This document shows, piece after piece, positions 38,383 to 48,340 of a stretch of 64,000 bases of DNA; the stretch's first letter is position 1, and each line of letters begins with the position of its first letter. The translations under genes and the position numbers were made by a program. Below the pieces are notes generated by a model, which was not told the origin of the DNA, did no database searches, and saw only the letters and a program-made list of their open reading frames with translations. Source of the stretch: an uncultured Lachnospiraceae bacterium (GTDB taxonomy: Bacteria > Bacillota > Clostridia > Lachnospirales > Lachnospiraceae); assembly GCA_948473115.1 (NCBI GenBank), contig CAOKWI010000004.1:24546-88545 (forward strand). Reading direction: 5' to 3'.

Positions 38383-38763
38383 TCACTCTCCCAGGAAATC
38401 ATATAAAGAACCTTCTTCTGCCGATCTATACTCATGCTTCTCATAGTAGCCGATCAGTTCCCCGTTTTCATTCCGCAGCGCCACCATATAGACATCCTTG
38501 TTTTCCTTCTCGTTGCGCGATGTATAAATGATATTATGGTCGCCGCTCTGCCGGAACCAGTCAAGCACCTTCTGGATTCTGTCGCAGGAAACGGCATTGT
38601 GGCAGTCAAGCAGGCTTTTTCCCACAAGACCCGCACCACCCCGCTTCTCGTACCTGGCGCAGGCCGCCGGATTCATGTAAATGATCCTGTGTTCCAGATT
38701 ACAGATGACCACCGCACAGCGATCCATATCTATGACACTCTTAAAATACGCGGATAAGTTCAT
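38383..38763 (-). CDS. Stand-alone PAS domain protein
   Basis: AVVICNLEHRIIYMNPAA, LVGKSLLDCH, LRNENGELIGYYE. Confidence 0.85.
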   Translation of the reverse strand: MNLSAYFKSVIDMDRCAVVICNLEHRIIYMNPAACARYEKRGGAGLVGKSLLDCHNAVSCDRIQKVLDWFRQSGDHNIIYTSRNEKENKDVYMVALRNENGELIGYYEKHEYRSAEEGSLYDFLGE

Positions 38764-38795
38764 ATAAGCTCTCTCCATTCTTTCTTCACACGCCA

Positions 38796-39047
38796 AGTGT
38801 ATTGACCCGTTCATTTTCAGCTAAATGACGCTGAATGAATTTTCAGTCTGCAAGGCGGCTGAATGAGGCGATGCGGTGGCATCGTCGATTGAAGCCAACG
38901 TGGCAGAGGGAAATTCAGGCAAGTCATTTGGCGAAATGTGAACAGGTCAGTACACTAGTGTGCTGACACGATTACTTTCAGCCAAATGACGCAGAAGGAA
39001 TTTTATGTCTGCGCCAATGTATCAGAAAGAAATGATTCGTTTACTAG
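38796..39047. mobile_element. MITE-like long palindromic element E plus a truncated tandem copy
   Basis: 38796-38956 has termini AGTGTATTGACCCGTTCA / TGAACAGGTCAGTACACT; a second related 5' end starts at 38957; CTAG at both junctions. Confidence 0.7.
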
Positions 39048-40408
39048 TTCTTAAAGCTGTGGATGGGCGCGGGAATCCTTCCGCCCCGGTTCACAAAATC
39101 ATCGCAGGAAAACCGGTTCACGGGCATGATGGGCGCATATCCCAGCAGACCGCCAAATTCCACCGTCTCCCCCACACCCTTGCCGATCACAGGGATTACA
39201 CGGACAGCGGTGGTCTTCTGATTCACCATGCCAATGGCCATTTCGTCCGCAATGATGCCGGAGATGGTGGATGCCTTCGTGTCCCCGGGTATGGCGATCA
39301 TATCAAGTCCCACGGAGCAGACACAGGTCATGGCTTCCAGCTTCTCCAGGGTCAGCGCTCCCGCCCGCACAGCATCAATCATTCCCTGATCCTCGCTGAC
39401 CGGTATAAAGGCGCCGCTTAAACCGCCCACATAGGAAGACGCCATGACGCCGCCTTTCTTTACCTGGTCATTTAGCAGGGCAAGGGCAGCTGTGGTTCCC
39501 GGCGCTCCCGCATGCTCCAGCCCCATCTCACACAGGATATCCGCCACACTGTCCCCCACGGCCGGAGTGGGCGCAAGGGACAGATCCACGATTCCGAAAG
39601 GCACATCCAGCATCCTGGAGGCTTCTTTCGCCACCAGTTGTCCCACCCTGGTCACTTTAAACGCCGTCTTTTTAATCGTCTCACACAATACCTCAAAGTT
39701 CTCGCCCCGCACCTTTTCCAGCGCAGTCTTCACCACGCCGGGACCGCTGACTCCCACGTTGATAATCTTGTCCGCCTCGGTGACGCCGTGGAATGCCCCC
39801 GCCATAAAGGGATTGTCGTCCGGTGCGTTGCAGAATACCACCAGCTTTGCACATCCCAGGGAATCCTCCTCTTTCGTGTATTCCGCAGTGGATCTGATGA
39901 TCTCGCCCATCAGCCTGACCGCGTCCATATTGATACCCGTCTTTGTGGAGCCCAGACTCACGGAACTGCACACCCTCTCCGTCTTGGACAATGCCAGGGG
40001 AATGGAACGGATCAACAGTTCGTCCGCAGGCGTCATACCCTTGCTGACCAGCGCGGAATAGCCGCCGATAAAATTCACTCCCACTTCCCGGGCTGCCTGA
40101 TCCAGTGTCCCTGCAATGGAAGCAAAATCCTCCAGGGTCTTACACGCCGCGCCGCCTACCAAGGCGATGGGAGTCACGGAAATTCTCTTGTTCACAATGG
40201 GAATGCCAAACTCCCTGGAAATCTCCTCTCCCGTCTTCACAAGATCCTTGGCCGCCTCATATATCTTCCCGTAAATCTTCCTCTTTAGTTCTTCCAGGTC
40301 AGAATCAATACAATCCAGAAGGCTGATTCCCAGGGTGATGGTCCTCACATCCAGATTCTCCTTCTCGATCATTTTATTGGTTTCCGTTACTTCGTATAAA
40401 TTGATCAT
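39044..40408 (-). CDS. UPF0210/DUF711 (PFL-like) family protein
   Basis: [52 protein letters not shown]. Confidence 0.93.
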   Translation of the reverse strand: MINLYEVTETNKMIEKENLDVRTITLGISLLDCIDSDLEELKRKIYGKIYEAAKDLVKTGEEISREFGIPIVNKRISVTPIALVGGAACKTLEDFASIAGTLDQAAREVGVNFIGGYSALVSKGMTPADELLIRSIPLALSKTERVCSSVSLGSTKTGINMDAVRLMGEIIRSTAEYTKEEDSLGCAKLVVFCNAPDDNPFMAGAFHGVTEADKIINVGVSGPGVVKTALEKVRGENFEVLCETIKKTAFKVTRVGQLVAKEASRMLDVPFGIVDLSLAPTPAVGDSVADILCEMGLEHAGAPGTTAALALLNDQVKKGGVMASSYVGGLSGAFIPVSEDQGMIDAVRAGALTLEKLEAMTCVCSVGLDMIAIPGDTKASTISGIIADEMAIGMVNQKTTAVRVIPVIGKGVGETVEFGGLLGYAPIMPVNRFSCDDFVNRGGRIPAPIHSFKN

Positions 40409-40515
40409 TATTTACCCCCATGCAGGCTAACACACATATCAGCCAAACCTTCAAAGTATCCTTAATTTCAGGTGGATGCCTCCCGCTTCCACAGACATCC
40501 AGTCAACAACCCCGC

Positions 40516-40788
40516 TCAGATGCGATGCATCTTATCAAATATCTCTTCCTTCTGGCACTTGATCGCCACGCCGATCTCCTCTCCCAGCGCCGCCATCTCA
40601 TCCGCCATGTCCCCAAAAGGTTTGCCACAGCCGTTGGTATCCACTATCATCATCATATTAAAATACCCCTGCACAATGGTCTGGGAAATATCCAGGATAT
40701 TAATTCCATTCTCCGCCAGGTATGTGCATACCCTCGCAATGATACCCACAGTATCCTTTCCAACTACTGTAATAATCGTTCTTTTCAT
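40516..40788 (-). CDS. ACT domain protein (UPF0237)
   Basis: IITVVGKDTVGIIA, NILDISQTI, EEIFDKMHRI; usual partner of DUF711. Confidence 0.93.
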   Translation of the reverse strand: MKRTIITVVGKDTVGIIARVCTYLAENGINILDISQTIVQGYFNMMMIVDTNGCGKPFGDMADEMAALGEEIGVAIKCQKEEIFDKMHRI

Positions 40789-40890
40789 CTGACTCTCCTG
40801 TCCTGCGTCTCTTACGCGCACTTTCCTTGCTTTCTCTGTCCAATATATATTCTGTTCCGGTTTTAACTGATGCAAAATACTATGACCATT

Positions 40891-41172
40891 TTATCCATAC
40901 ATTGCCAGTTCAATACTGTCCATGTACTGATATATCGGCATGTTGAATTTCTGATAATCAGCCTCTGAAAATTCGTCCGTCGCCTTGGCCACACTCATAT
41001 CAACAACATTTGTCTGATTCAAAAATGTGATCATAACAGGCACTTTCATGATAGTCGAGATTCCACGAATCGTCAGACTTCTCTCTTCGTCCGGTTCCAG
41101 AATTTCATTCTGATTATGTATAGTGACCTGTCTCTCCTGATATATCCGATACCTGCCTGCTTCCCTCCTCAC
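40891..41172 (-). CDS. Hypothetical protein
   Basis: 93-aa ORF overlapping the stop of the upstream gene; start uncertain. Confidence 0.55.
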   Translation of the reverse strand: MRREAGRYRIYQERQVTIHNQNEILEPDEERSLTIRGISTIMKVPVMITFLNQTNVVDMSVAKATDEFSEADYQKFNMPIYQYMDSIELAMYG

Positions 41173-41966
41173 ACCCAGACCACCGGCGATGACTCGCTCC
41201 GCTTTGCCACCTGGATATCAAAATCTCCCGCTCTGTAAGGATTCTCGTCCATATTAATCTCCATTCGGACGGACTCGTAGGCAAGTTCCGGCAGATTATT
41301 TTCCTTGCTCAGATGTCCCAGGAGTATCGTTTTTAACCTGTCATGCAATATCCTGCAAAGCAGCCTGCCGGAATTCTCATTGGATAAGTGCCCTCTCTCT
41401 CCCAGGATCCTCTGCTTCAGATAATAGGGATAAGGTCCCACCTGCAGCATATTTACATCATGGTTTGCCTCCAGAAGAAGAGCATCCATTCCCTTCAGAC
41501 ATTCCACCGTATAATCATTATATACCCCCAGGTCTGTACAGATACCCACTCTCTTATTCCCGTAGGAGATCCGGTACGCTACCGGCTGCACCGCGTCATG
41601 GGATATATGCATGGGGTTGATGGCCAAATCCTTCAGGATAAACTTTTCATCCTCCCGAATGGGATGGAATAAAGACTCCTCCACATTTCCAAGGCTTCCT
41701 CCCTCGAACATAGCCCGGATGGTGCCCTCCGTGGCATAGACCGGAATCCCATACTTTCTTGTAAGCACACCCAGACCGCTGATGTGGTCGGCGTGCTCAT
41801 GGGTGATCAAAATACCATCCAGATCCCTTGGCGACAGGTCAAGCCCTTTCAGACCCTGCTCCACTCTTTTCCCGCTGATCCCCGTATCTACCAGCAAGTG
41901 GGTGGCATCGGAACCCACATAGACGCAGTTCCCGCTGCTCCCGCTTGCTATACTGCATAGCCTCAT
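41169..41966 (-). CDS. MBL-fold metallo-hydrolase (YycJ/WalJ-like)
   Basis: ASGSSGNC, THEHADH, SHDA, EANHD, GHLSN, HLSKENN. Confidence 0.92.
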   Translation of the reverse strand: MRLCSIASGSSGNCVYVGSDATHLLVDTGISGKRVEQGLKGLDLSPRDLDGILITHEHADHISGLGVLTRKYGIPVYATEGTIRAMFEGGSLGNVEESLFHPIREDEKFILKDLAINPMHISHDAVQPVAYRISYGNKRVGICTDLGVYNDYTVECLKGMDALLLEANHDVNMLQVGPYPYYLKQRILGERGHLSNENSGRLLCRILHDRLKTILLGHLSKENNLPELAYESVRMEINMDENPYRAGDFDIQVAKRSESSPVVWV

Positions 41967-42307
41967 TTTTCCTCACATTCTCCTATCCGATATCGGCTCA
42001 AGCATTACTTCCCTTTGGTGTTACTATCGGCTTGCCCTCTTTATCAAGCAATGGCGTTATACCACCTGAATTTGCGCATTTGTGAAACACATAATTTACA
42101 CCTGTCTCTACATCAACCCAAATTTCTGTTACATTCAGCGTTCCCTGGCTATATGTCCTTATAAATCGTTCCATGAATTTCCCCCTTGCTATGAGAAGTC
42201 CTGTAATTTACCTTGCGGAAACCGCGCAATCCGAATAAGCGCCCTTACTTACGAAGGCCATATTCTATGGCATGGAAGTTTACTGTGCCGCTTCCTGCGC
42301 ATTTCAG

Positions 42308-44812
42308 TCAAAGTTTTTCCCAATAGATGTCTATGATGTCCCCGTTGGTCAAGGGCTCCATATACTCCGCCCGCCTGCCGTTTATATTTGTCACAATGGC
42401 ACGCCCCGCAGAAGCGTTCAGGTCAAAATTAATAAAGGAAAAAACGTCCACAAAGACATAGCTTTCCTTGCCTGTCATCACAACCGGCTGCTTATTGACA
42501 TACACAGTCATTGCCCTGATCCCGCTGGCTGCGTTCTCTTCCTGCACCACCTTTAAGGTATCTTGGGAGCCATTCACTGCCTGTCCGCCGCCTGCACCGA
42601 TCATCCTTCCGCTGCCCGGCTGACCCGACAAGCCTGAGACATCTGCACTTCCCGGCTGACCCAACATACCCGGGATGCCCGCACTTCCCAACGAACCGGT
42701 CATACCTGTGATTCCTGCACTTCCCGACGATCCCACCGTACCCGGGATGCCCGCACTAGACGGCTGACCTGCCGCACCTACGATTCCTGCACTTTCCGCC
42801 TGCATTGCCACACCTGAGCCGCCTGCACTTCCCTGTCCGCCTGCTCCTCCCAGCATCCCCGCCGTATCCCGCGCCGCTCCTCCGGAGATTTCAGGGGAAC
42901 CCAGCGGCACCGGGTCAGGGATGCCGCTGATGTTGTTGACGGCATCGATAAAATTCCTTTCCGACTCCGCTGCGGCCGCGGCAGCCGCTGCTTCCTTTGC
43001 CGCCCTGCGCTTCGCCAGTTCCTCCTCCGTTTCTTCCTCCAGATCTGCATAGGTGAGCACCGCGTTCACATCCCACTCCAGGGTAAAGTTTTCGTAAACC
43101 TGGGTGTCCGGCTTCGCGGGAATCTCATTGACCAGTATCTTCCCGCCCAGGGGAACATCCATGAATCCGGCGATCTCCCTCACCGTGTAACAGTTCCTCA
43201 CCTGAACATCGTCATTCTCCCTGATCCGGTAAAATTCATTTTCCGTCATTCCATTGACAGACGCCGTCTTGGGAAGACTGATCTTCGTCCCATTGACGAC
43301 AACATGAATCTGTTCGGACAATTCCGGCAGCCTGCCCAGTTCCAGAACCGCAGGATCACCTGCCGTGGAAGGCACTACTTCCACCCAGTCGCCGTTATGT
43401 ACCTGAGTATAAATATCCGCGGAATCCCCATTCAGCCGGATAACTGCCGCTTCTCCCTGTTCCCCGCGAACAATCCTGCTCTTACCGTTTACGGTAAAGT
43501 TCAGGGGCGTCCCTCTCTTGGGGAAGAGATCTTCATTGGTAAACTGCGCCTGCACCGCGGCATCCGCGACAGATAATTTACCGTTGTCATATAACTTGAC
43601 ATGCTTGTCATTAAACTGCACATAGATAAAATTGTTGCTCTGCTCATAATAGCTGAGACAGATGCCGATGGGGGTCACCATCATGGCATCCCTGCGGGGA
43701 TGCTCTATCTCGAACTGGATGTTCTGCATCACCTCCGGACCGCGGATCGCCACCCGTTCCTTCACGATCTCAAGTTCTTTTGCAAGATGCTCCGTGTAGC
43801 CCGGGATCATACCGCCGCCGCCCACCACAAACACGGCGCTGACAGACTTGTCGCCATTCAATTCCCTGATACATTCCGCCACCATGCGGGTCATTTTACC
43901 CACATGCTCCTCCAGGATCTTGTCCACCTCCTTGGCTGTAATGGTCTGTGTCAAGCCCATGATATCCTGATATTCCACCGTCTCCCGCGCGCTGGTCTGA
44001 CGTTTGATGTGCTCCGCCGTCTCGAAATCCACCAGGCAATGCTGCACCAGTATTTCCGTCAGGCTGTCCCCTGCCACGGGAATCATGCCGTAAGCCGTGA
44101 TTGTCCCGTCCCTGGTAATGGAAATATCGCTGGTGCCTGCCCCCACATCCACCAATGCCATATTCAGCATACGGAATTTCTCGGGGATCGCCACCTGGAT
44201 CGCCGCGATGGGCTCCAGCGTCAGGTTTGCCACATGCAGCCCCGCGAACTCCACCGCCTTATACAGTCCGTCCACCACGTCGTCAGGCAGGAAGGTAGCG
44301 ATCATATCCACCGCCATGTTTCTGACCTTGTGCCCCTCCAGGTTGCTGATCTGGTAGCCATTCATATAATAACGCATGGGCGTATAACCCACACAGTAAA
44401 ATTTCATGTCAGAATCATCATTCTTGAGAAATTCCTCATATGCCTGCTCCACTCCCATGGTAGACAGGGAATAGATATCCTCCGCGGTGACCACATGATC
44501 CTCCTCAAAGTCCTGCTCCACATGGGTAGTCACCGTGCGCAGCACACGGCCTGCGGCAGCAATACACACCTCCGTAAGCTTCCGGTTCAGGTCACTTTCC
44601 AGTTTCTCCTTTACAAAGTTGATGGTCTGCCCTACCTTTGCGATATCATGAATCTGTCCGTCCAGCATGGATCTGGTCTCATGTTCCTTGGCACACTGTG
44701 CCAGCACATGAAATCTGCTGCCGTTCAGATATCCCACCGTACCCACAATACTCCGGGTGCCGATGTCAAGTCCAAATACCAGTTGTCCCTGCCCTTCTAT
44801 TACTCCTGCCAT
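42308..44812 (-). CDS. FtsA/PilM-like actin-fold ATPase with C-terminal beta-grasp-like repeats
   Basis: GLDIGTRS, VDVGAGTSD, VVGGGG; C-terminal repeats of 'V.VNG...(N)GD.V.V/I'. Confidence 0.85.
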   Translation of the reverse strand: MAGVIEGQGQLVFGLDIGTRSIVGTVGYLNGSRFHVLAQCAKEHETRSMLDGQIHDIAKVGQTINFVKEKLESDLNRKLTEVCIAAAGRVLRTVTTHVEQDFEEDHVVTAEDIYSLSTMGVEQAYEEFLKNDDSDMKFYCVGYTPMRYYMNGYQISNLEGHKVRNMAVDMIATFLPDDVVDGLYKAVEFAGLHVANLTLEPIAAIQVAIPEKFRMLNMALVDVGAGTSDISITRDGTITAYGMIPVAGDSLTEILVQHCLVDFETAEHIKRQTSARETVEYQDIMGLTQTITAKEVDKILEEHVGKMTRMVAECIRELNGDKSVSAVFVVGGGGMIPGYTEHLAKELEIVKERVAIRGPEVMQNIQFEIEHPRRDAMMVTPIGICLSYYEQSNNFIYVQFNDKHVKLYDNGKLSVADAAVQAQFTNEDLFPKRGTPLNFTVNGKSRIVRGEQGEAAVIRLNGDSADIYTQVHNGDWVEVVPSTAGDPAVLELGRLPELSEQIHVVVNGTKISLPKTASVNGMTENEFYRIRENDDVQVRNCYTVREIAGFMDVPLGGKILVNEIPAKPDTQVYENFTLEWDVNAVLTYADLEEETEEELAKRRAAKEAAAAAAAAESERNFIDAVNNISGIPDPVPLGSPEISGGAARDTAGMLGGAGGQGSAGGSGVAMQAESAGIVGAAGQPSSAGIPGTVGSSGSAGITGMTGSLGSAGIPGMLGQPGSADVSGLSGQPGSGRMIGAGGGQAVNGSQDTLKVVQEENAASGIRAMTVYVNKQPVVMTGKESYVFVDVFSFINFDLNASAGRAIVTNINGRRAEYMEPLTNGDIIDIYWEKL

Positions 44813-45423
44813 GTGAACGCCTCCAGTTTTTTCTCAATTTGTCTGCAGGTTTCCTCAAAAGACCCGCTGTTGTCTATCACAAAATCACAGTTTCTGCGAA
44901 AGGTTTCCTCCGAAAGCTGCCGGCCCATAATCTGCCCGATCTTCTCCGCACTGTATCCCCTGGTCTCCGCAAGCCTTGCATACCTCACGGATTCCTCCGC
45001 ATAGACATACCACATCTCATCCACCAGTTCCCCGTAACCGCACTCGATCAAAAGCGCCGCCTCAACGAAAAACAGTTCCACTTCCTCTTTCCGTTTTGCT
45101 TCCTCATACTTTTCAAGCAGCCAGATCCTCACCGCGGGATGGATAATATCGTTTACCTTCTGTAGAAGACCGGGGTCTTTAAATATTCTGTCGGCCATCA
45201 ACCTTCTGTCTATCTGCCCGTCCCCGGTCAGAACCTCCGTCCCCAGCAGTTCCACAAGCGCCCGATAACATTCGGTTCCGGGCTCCTTTACCAGGTGGGC
45301 CACCTCGTCTGCCAGATAAATCTCACACGGATAATGGCTTTTGATGAATTTCAGGACTTTTGATTTCCCGGCTCCCACACCTCCGGTGATACCGATAAAT
45401 TTCATCTGCCTATTTTGCCTCAT
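44800..45423 (-). CDS. coaE: Dephospho-CoA kinase
   Basis: IGITGGVGAGKS, IIHPAV, EAALLIE, VIDNSG; downstream of polA. Confidence 0.95.
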   Translation of the reverse strand: MRQNRQMKFIGITGGVGAGKSKVLKFIKSHYPCEIYLADEVAHLVKEPGTECYRALVELLGTEVLTGDGQIDRRLMADRIFKDPGLLQKVNDIIHPAVRIWLLEKYEEAKRKEEVELFFVEAALLIECGYGELVDEMWYVYAEESVRYARLAETRGYSAEKIGQIMGRQLSEETFRRNCDFVIDNSGSFEETCRQIEKKLEAFTWQE

Positions 45424-48196
45424 ACCAGTTCATCCCCGTATGCAGGTCGATCTCCAGCGTCACCGCCAGCTCCGCCGCCGACTTCATATGCTCGGTGAGG
45501 ATCTGCCGCACCTGCTCTTCCTCCTCCAGGTAAGTCTCTATGACAAGTTCATCATGCACCTGCAGGATCAGCTTTGACCGTAACCCCGCGTCCCTCAGTG
45601 CCTTCCAGACCCGTATCATGGCGATCTTGATAATATCCGCCGCGGTTCCCTGTATGGGGGAGTTCATGGCCACCCGTTCCCCGAAGGAGCGCTGCATGAA
45701 GTTGGAGGAGGACAGTTCGGGAATAGGCCTGCGCCTGCCGAACATGGTGGTGATGTATCCCTTTTCCTTCGCATCCCTCACCAGGCCGTCCAGGAATTCC
45801 TTCACTTTGGGATAGGTGGCAAAATACTGCTCGATATATTCCGCCGCCTCCTTCTTGCTGATGCTGAGATCCTGGCTCAGCCCGAAAGAACTGATGCCGT
45901 ACACGATGCCGAAATTGACCGCCTTGGCATTCCGCCGCTGCAAATCCGTGACTTCCTCAAAGGGAGTGTGAAATACCTTCGCCGCCGTGATCCGGTGAAT
46001 ATCCTGATCCATGCGGTAAGCCTCGATCAGCTGCTCGTCCCCGGACATATGGGCCAGCACCCGGAGTTCGATCTGGGAATAGTCCGCATCCATGAACTCA
46101 CAGCCCTGTCCCGGCACAAACACCTTGCGGATCCGTCTGCCCAGCTCCATCCGCATGGGAATATTCTGCAGATTCGGCTCTGTGGAGCTGATCCGCCCGG
46201 TGGCCGTGATGGTCTGGTTAAAATTCGTGTGGATGCGCCTGTCCTCGCCGATAAACACGGCAAGCCCGTCGGCGTAGGTGGATTTCAGTTTTGTCAGTCC
46301 CCTGTACTCCAGGATATCCTTCACAATGGGGTACTCCCCGGAAAGCTTCTCCAGTACGTCCGCCGCCGTGGAGTAGCCTGTCTTTGTCTTTTTCCCGCCG
46401 GGGATCTTCATGGTTTCAAACAGGATCTCCCCCAGCTGCTTCGGGGAATTGATATTGAATTCCTTTCCCGCCTGGCGGTGGATGGACTGCTCCAGTTCCT
46501 CTATCCTGGCCACCAGCGCGTCGCCGTAGGCTTTCAGTTCCTCCCTGCGGACCTCCACCCCTTCCTTCTCCATATCATACAACACCAGGGAAAGGGGCAT
46601 CTCCATCTCCCGCATCAGTCTGTCCATGCCGGTATCCCGCAGCTTCTCCCGCAGTACTCCGTATGCCCTTGCCGCCACATAAGCCACATAGCAGTAATAA
46701 TCCGACGCTTCCCGGGGCATCTCCTTCAGCGCCTCTTTGGCTGAAAGCTTCCCGAAGGTCTCAGTCCTGCCCGGGATCACCAGACCCAGATGCTCGGAAG
46801 CGATGGTTTCCGGGTCATAATCATTCTTTAAGGGATTCAGCAGATATGAAGCGATCAGAATGTCAAAGTAGCGTTCCGTGGTATCCTGTTCCAAATAGTC
46901 ATACTGCTTTTTGATATCAAAACCGGAAAGGGTGACCCTGCCCGAAAGCCTCCGGACTGCTTCGCGGATCGCGGACACATCGCTGTCCGTCCCGTTCCCC
47001 GGCATTTCAAACAGGGACAGCTGCTCATTTTCCTCCACCGCAACCGGATAAAAAATCGCCGCACACGGCACAAAGTGCCCTTCTGGCACTTCGGAGAATG
47101 CTTCGCATTCTTCCCCCACTGTGTCTCCCGTTCCTGAGGCATTGCCATGGGGGGACTCTTCACAGACGGAAACCGCCACTCCCAGAAGCTGTCCCTGCTC
47201 CTGCACCAGATAAAATCCGACAGTGCTCCCGTCCCTGATCTGATCCAGCAGACGTAAAAATTCCTTCTGTTCCTCTATCCTTTGAAAACTCTGCAGCAGA
47301 TCCCCGTTGGCGGCTACCGCGTCTTTTTCAAAGCGGTTCAGCATGTTTTTAAATTCCAGCTGTTTAAACAGATTATATGCTTCCTGGGTATAGAACCCTT
47401 CCGCCTTTGCCGCCTCATAGTCCAGTTCTACCTCACAGTCTGTCTTAATGGTGGCAAGGGTTTTACTGAGATCTGCCAGATCCCGGTTTGCAATCAGGGA
47501 CTCCCGGATGCTCTTTTTTGAAATTTCCTCCACATGGGCATAGATTTCTTCCAATGAGCCGTAAGCCACCATCAGATCCGTTGCCGTCTTCTGCCCCACC
47601 TTGGGCACCCCGGGGATATTGTCCGCGGTATCCCCCATCAGCGCTTTCAGGTCAATAAACTGCAGGGGCGTTACCTCATACTCTTCCTTCACGTCCCTGG
47701 GGTAGTAATCCCGGATCTCTGTCCTTCCCTTCTGGGTCTTGGGGATCCTGATCTTGATATGCTCGTCCGCGATCTGCAGCAGGTCACGGTCACCGGACAC
47801 CAGAGATACCTCGATGCCTTCTCCCTGAGCCTTCTTCGCCAGCGTTCCCAGGATGTCGTCCGCCTCCAGTCCCGCCTGCTCCACGATCACGATACCCATG
47901 GCTTTCAGCACATCCTTCATCACCGGAACCTGCTCCCGCAATTCCTCCGGCATGGGTTTTCTGGTTCCTTTATAGGCTTCATACATCTGATGGCGGAAAG
48001 TGGGCGCATGGACGTCGAAAGCAACCGCCAGATAATCCGGCTTTTCCTCCTCCAGGATCTTGAAGAGAATATTCAGGAAACCATAAACGGCGTTGGTGTG
48101 CAGCCCCTGGGCATTACTCAGGTCAGGCACACCGTAAAACGCCCTGTTCAGAATGCTGTGTCCGTCTATTAAAACAAGTTTTCTGCTGTTACCCAT
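45410..48196 (-). CDS. polA: DNA polymerase I
   Basis: LIDGHSILNRAFY, EADD, GDTADNIPGV, TGRISSTEPNLQNIP, DYSQIELR, AKAVNFGIVYG, QVHDEL. Confidence 0.98.
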   Translation of the reverse strand: MGNSRKLVLIDGHSILNRAFYGVPDLSNAQGLHTNAVYGFLNILFKILEEEKPDYLAVAFDVHAPTFRHQMYEAYKGTRKPMPEELREQVPVMKDVLKAMGIVIVEQAGLEADDILGTLAKKAQGEGIEVSLVSGDRDLLQIADEHIKIRIPKTQKGRTEIRDYYPRDVKEEYEVTPLQFIDLKALMGDTADNIPGVPKVGQKTATDLMVAYGSLEEIYAHVEEISKKSIRESLIANRDLADLSKTLATIKTDCEVELDYEAAKAEGFYTQEAYNLFKQLEFKNMLNRFEKDAVAANGDLLQSFQRIEEQKEFLRLLDQIRDGSTVGFYLVQEQGQLLGVAVSVCEESPHGNASGTGDTVGEECEAFSEVPEGHFVPCAAIFYPVAVEENEQLSLFEMPGNGTDSDVSAIREAVRRLSGRVTLSGFDIKKQYDYLEQDTTERYFDILIASYLLNPLKNDYDPETIASEHLGLVIPGRTETFGKLSAKEALKEMPREASDYYCYVAYVAARAYGVLREKLRDTGMDRLMREMEMPLSLVLYDMEKEGVEVRREELKAYGDALVARIEELEQSIHRQAGKEFNINSPKQLGEILFETMKIPGGKKTKTGYSTAADVLEKLSGEYPIVKDILEYRGLTKLKSTYADGLAVFIGEDRRIHTNFNQTITATGRISSTEPNLQNIPMRMELGRRIRKVFVPGQGCEFMDADYSQIELRVLAHMSGDEQLIEAYRMDQDIHRITAAKVFHTPFEEVTDLQRRNAKAVNFGIVYGISSFGLSQDLSISKKEAAEYIEQYFATYPKVKEFLDGLVRDAKEKGYITTMFGRRRPIPELSSSNFMQRSFGERVAMNSPIQGTAADIIKIAMIRVWKALRDAGLRSKLILQVHDELVIETYLEEEEQVRQILTEHMKSAAELAVTLEIDLHTGMNWYEAK
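47072..47116. repeat. Double-hairpin repeat D, copy inside polA
   Basis: AAAGTGCC-cttct-GGCACTTCGGAGAATGCTTCGCATTCTTCCCC; encodes GEECEAFSEVPEGHF on the minus strand. Confidence 0.85.
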
Positions 48197-48340
48197 TCAC
48201 ACAAACCTCCATGCGGATCTGTCCGCATTATCCTGCTCTGCAGAGACTCAAATTCTTCTCACGCTAACTCCCATGCTCCTGCCCTGTAGGATTTCACGCC
48301 AACTTCCATCATTCCGCTCCGCGAAATTGCAAAGTTCTTC

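Noticed and set aside
37959-38444. Small ORFs 37959-38180 and 38250-38444
   Set aside because: They run through palindromic repeats and the ECF promoter, with no protein-like features
43601-45004. 467-aa plus-strand ORF and similar long antisense ORFs (28908-30029, 30039-31130, 32036-33109, 49178-50152)
   Set aside because: Shadow frames opposite well-supported GC3-rich genes, with no recognisable motifs
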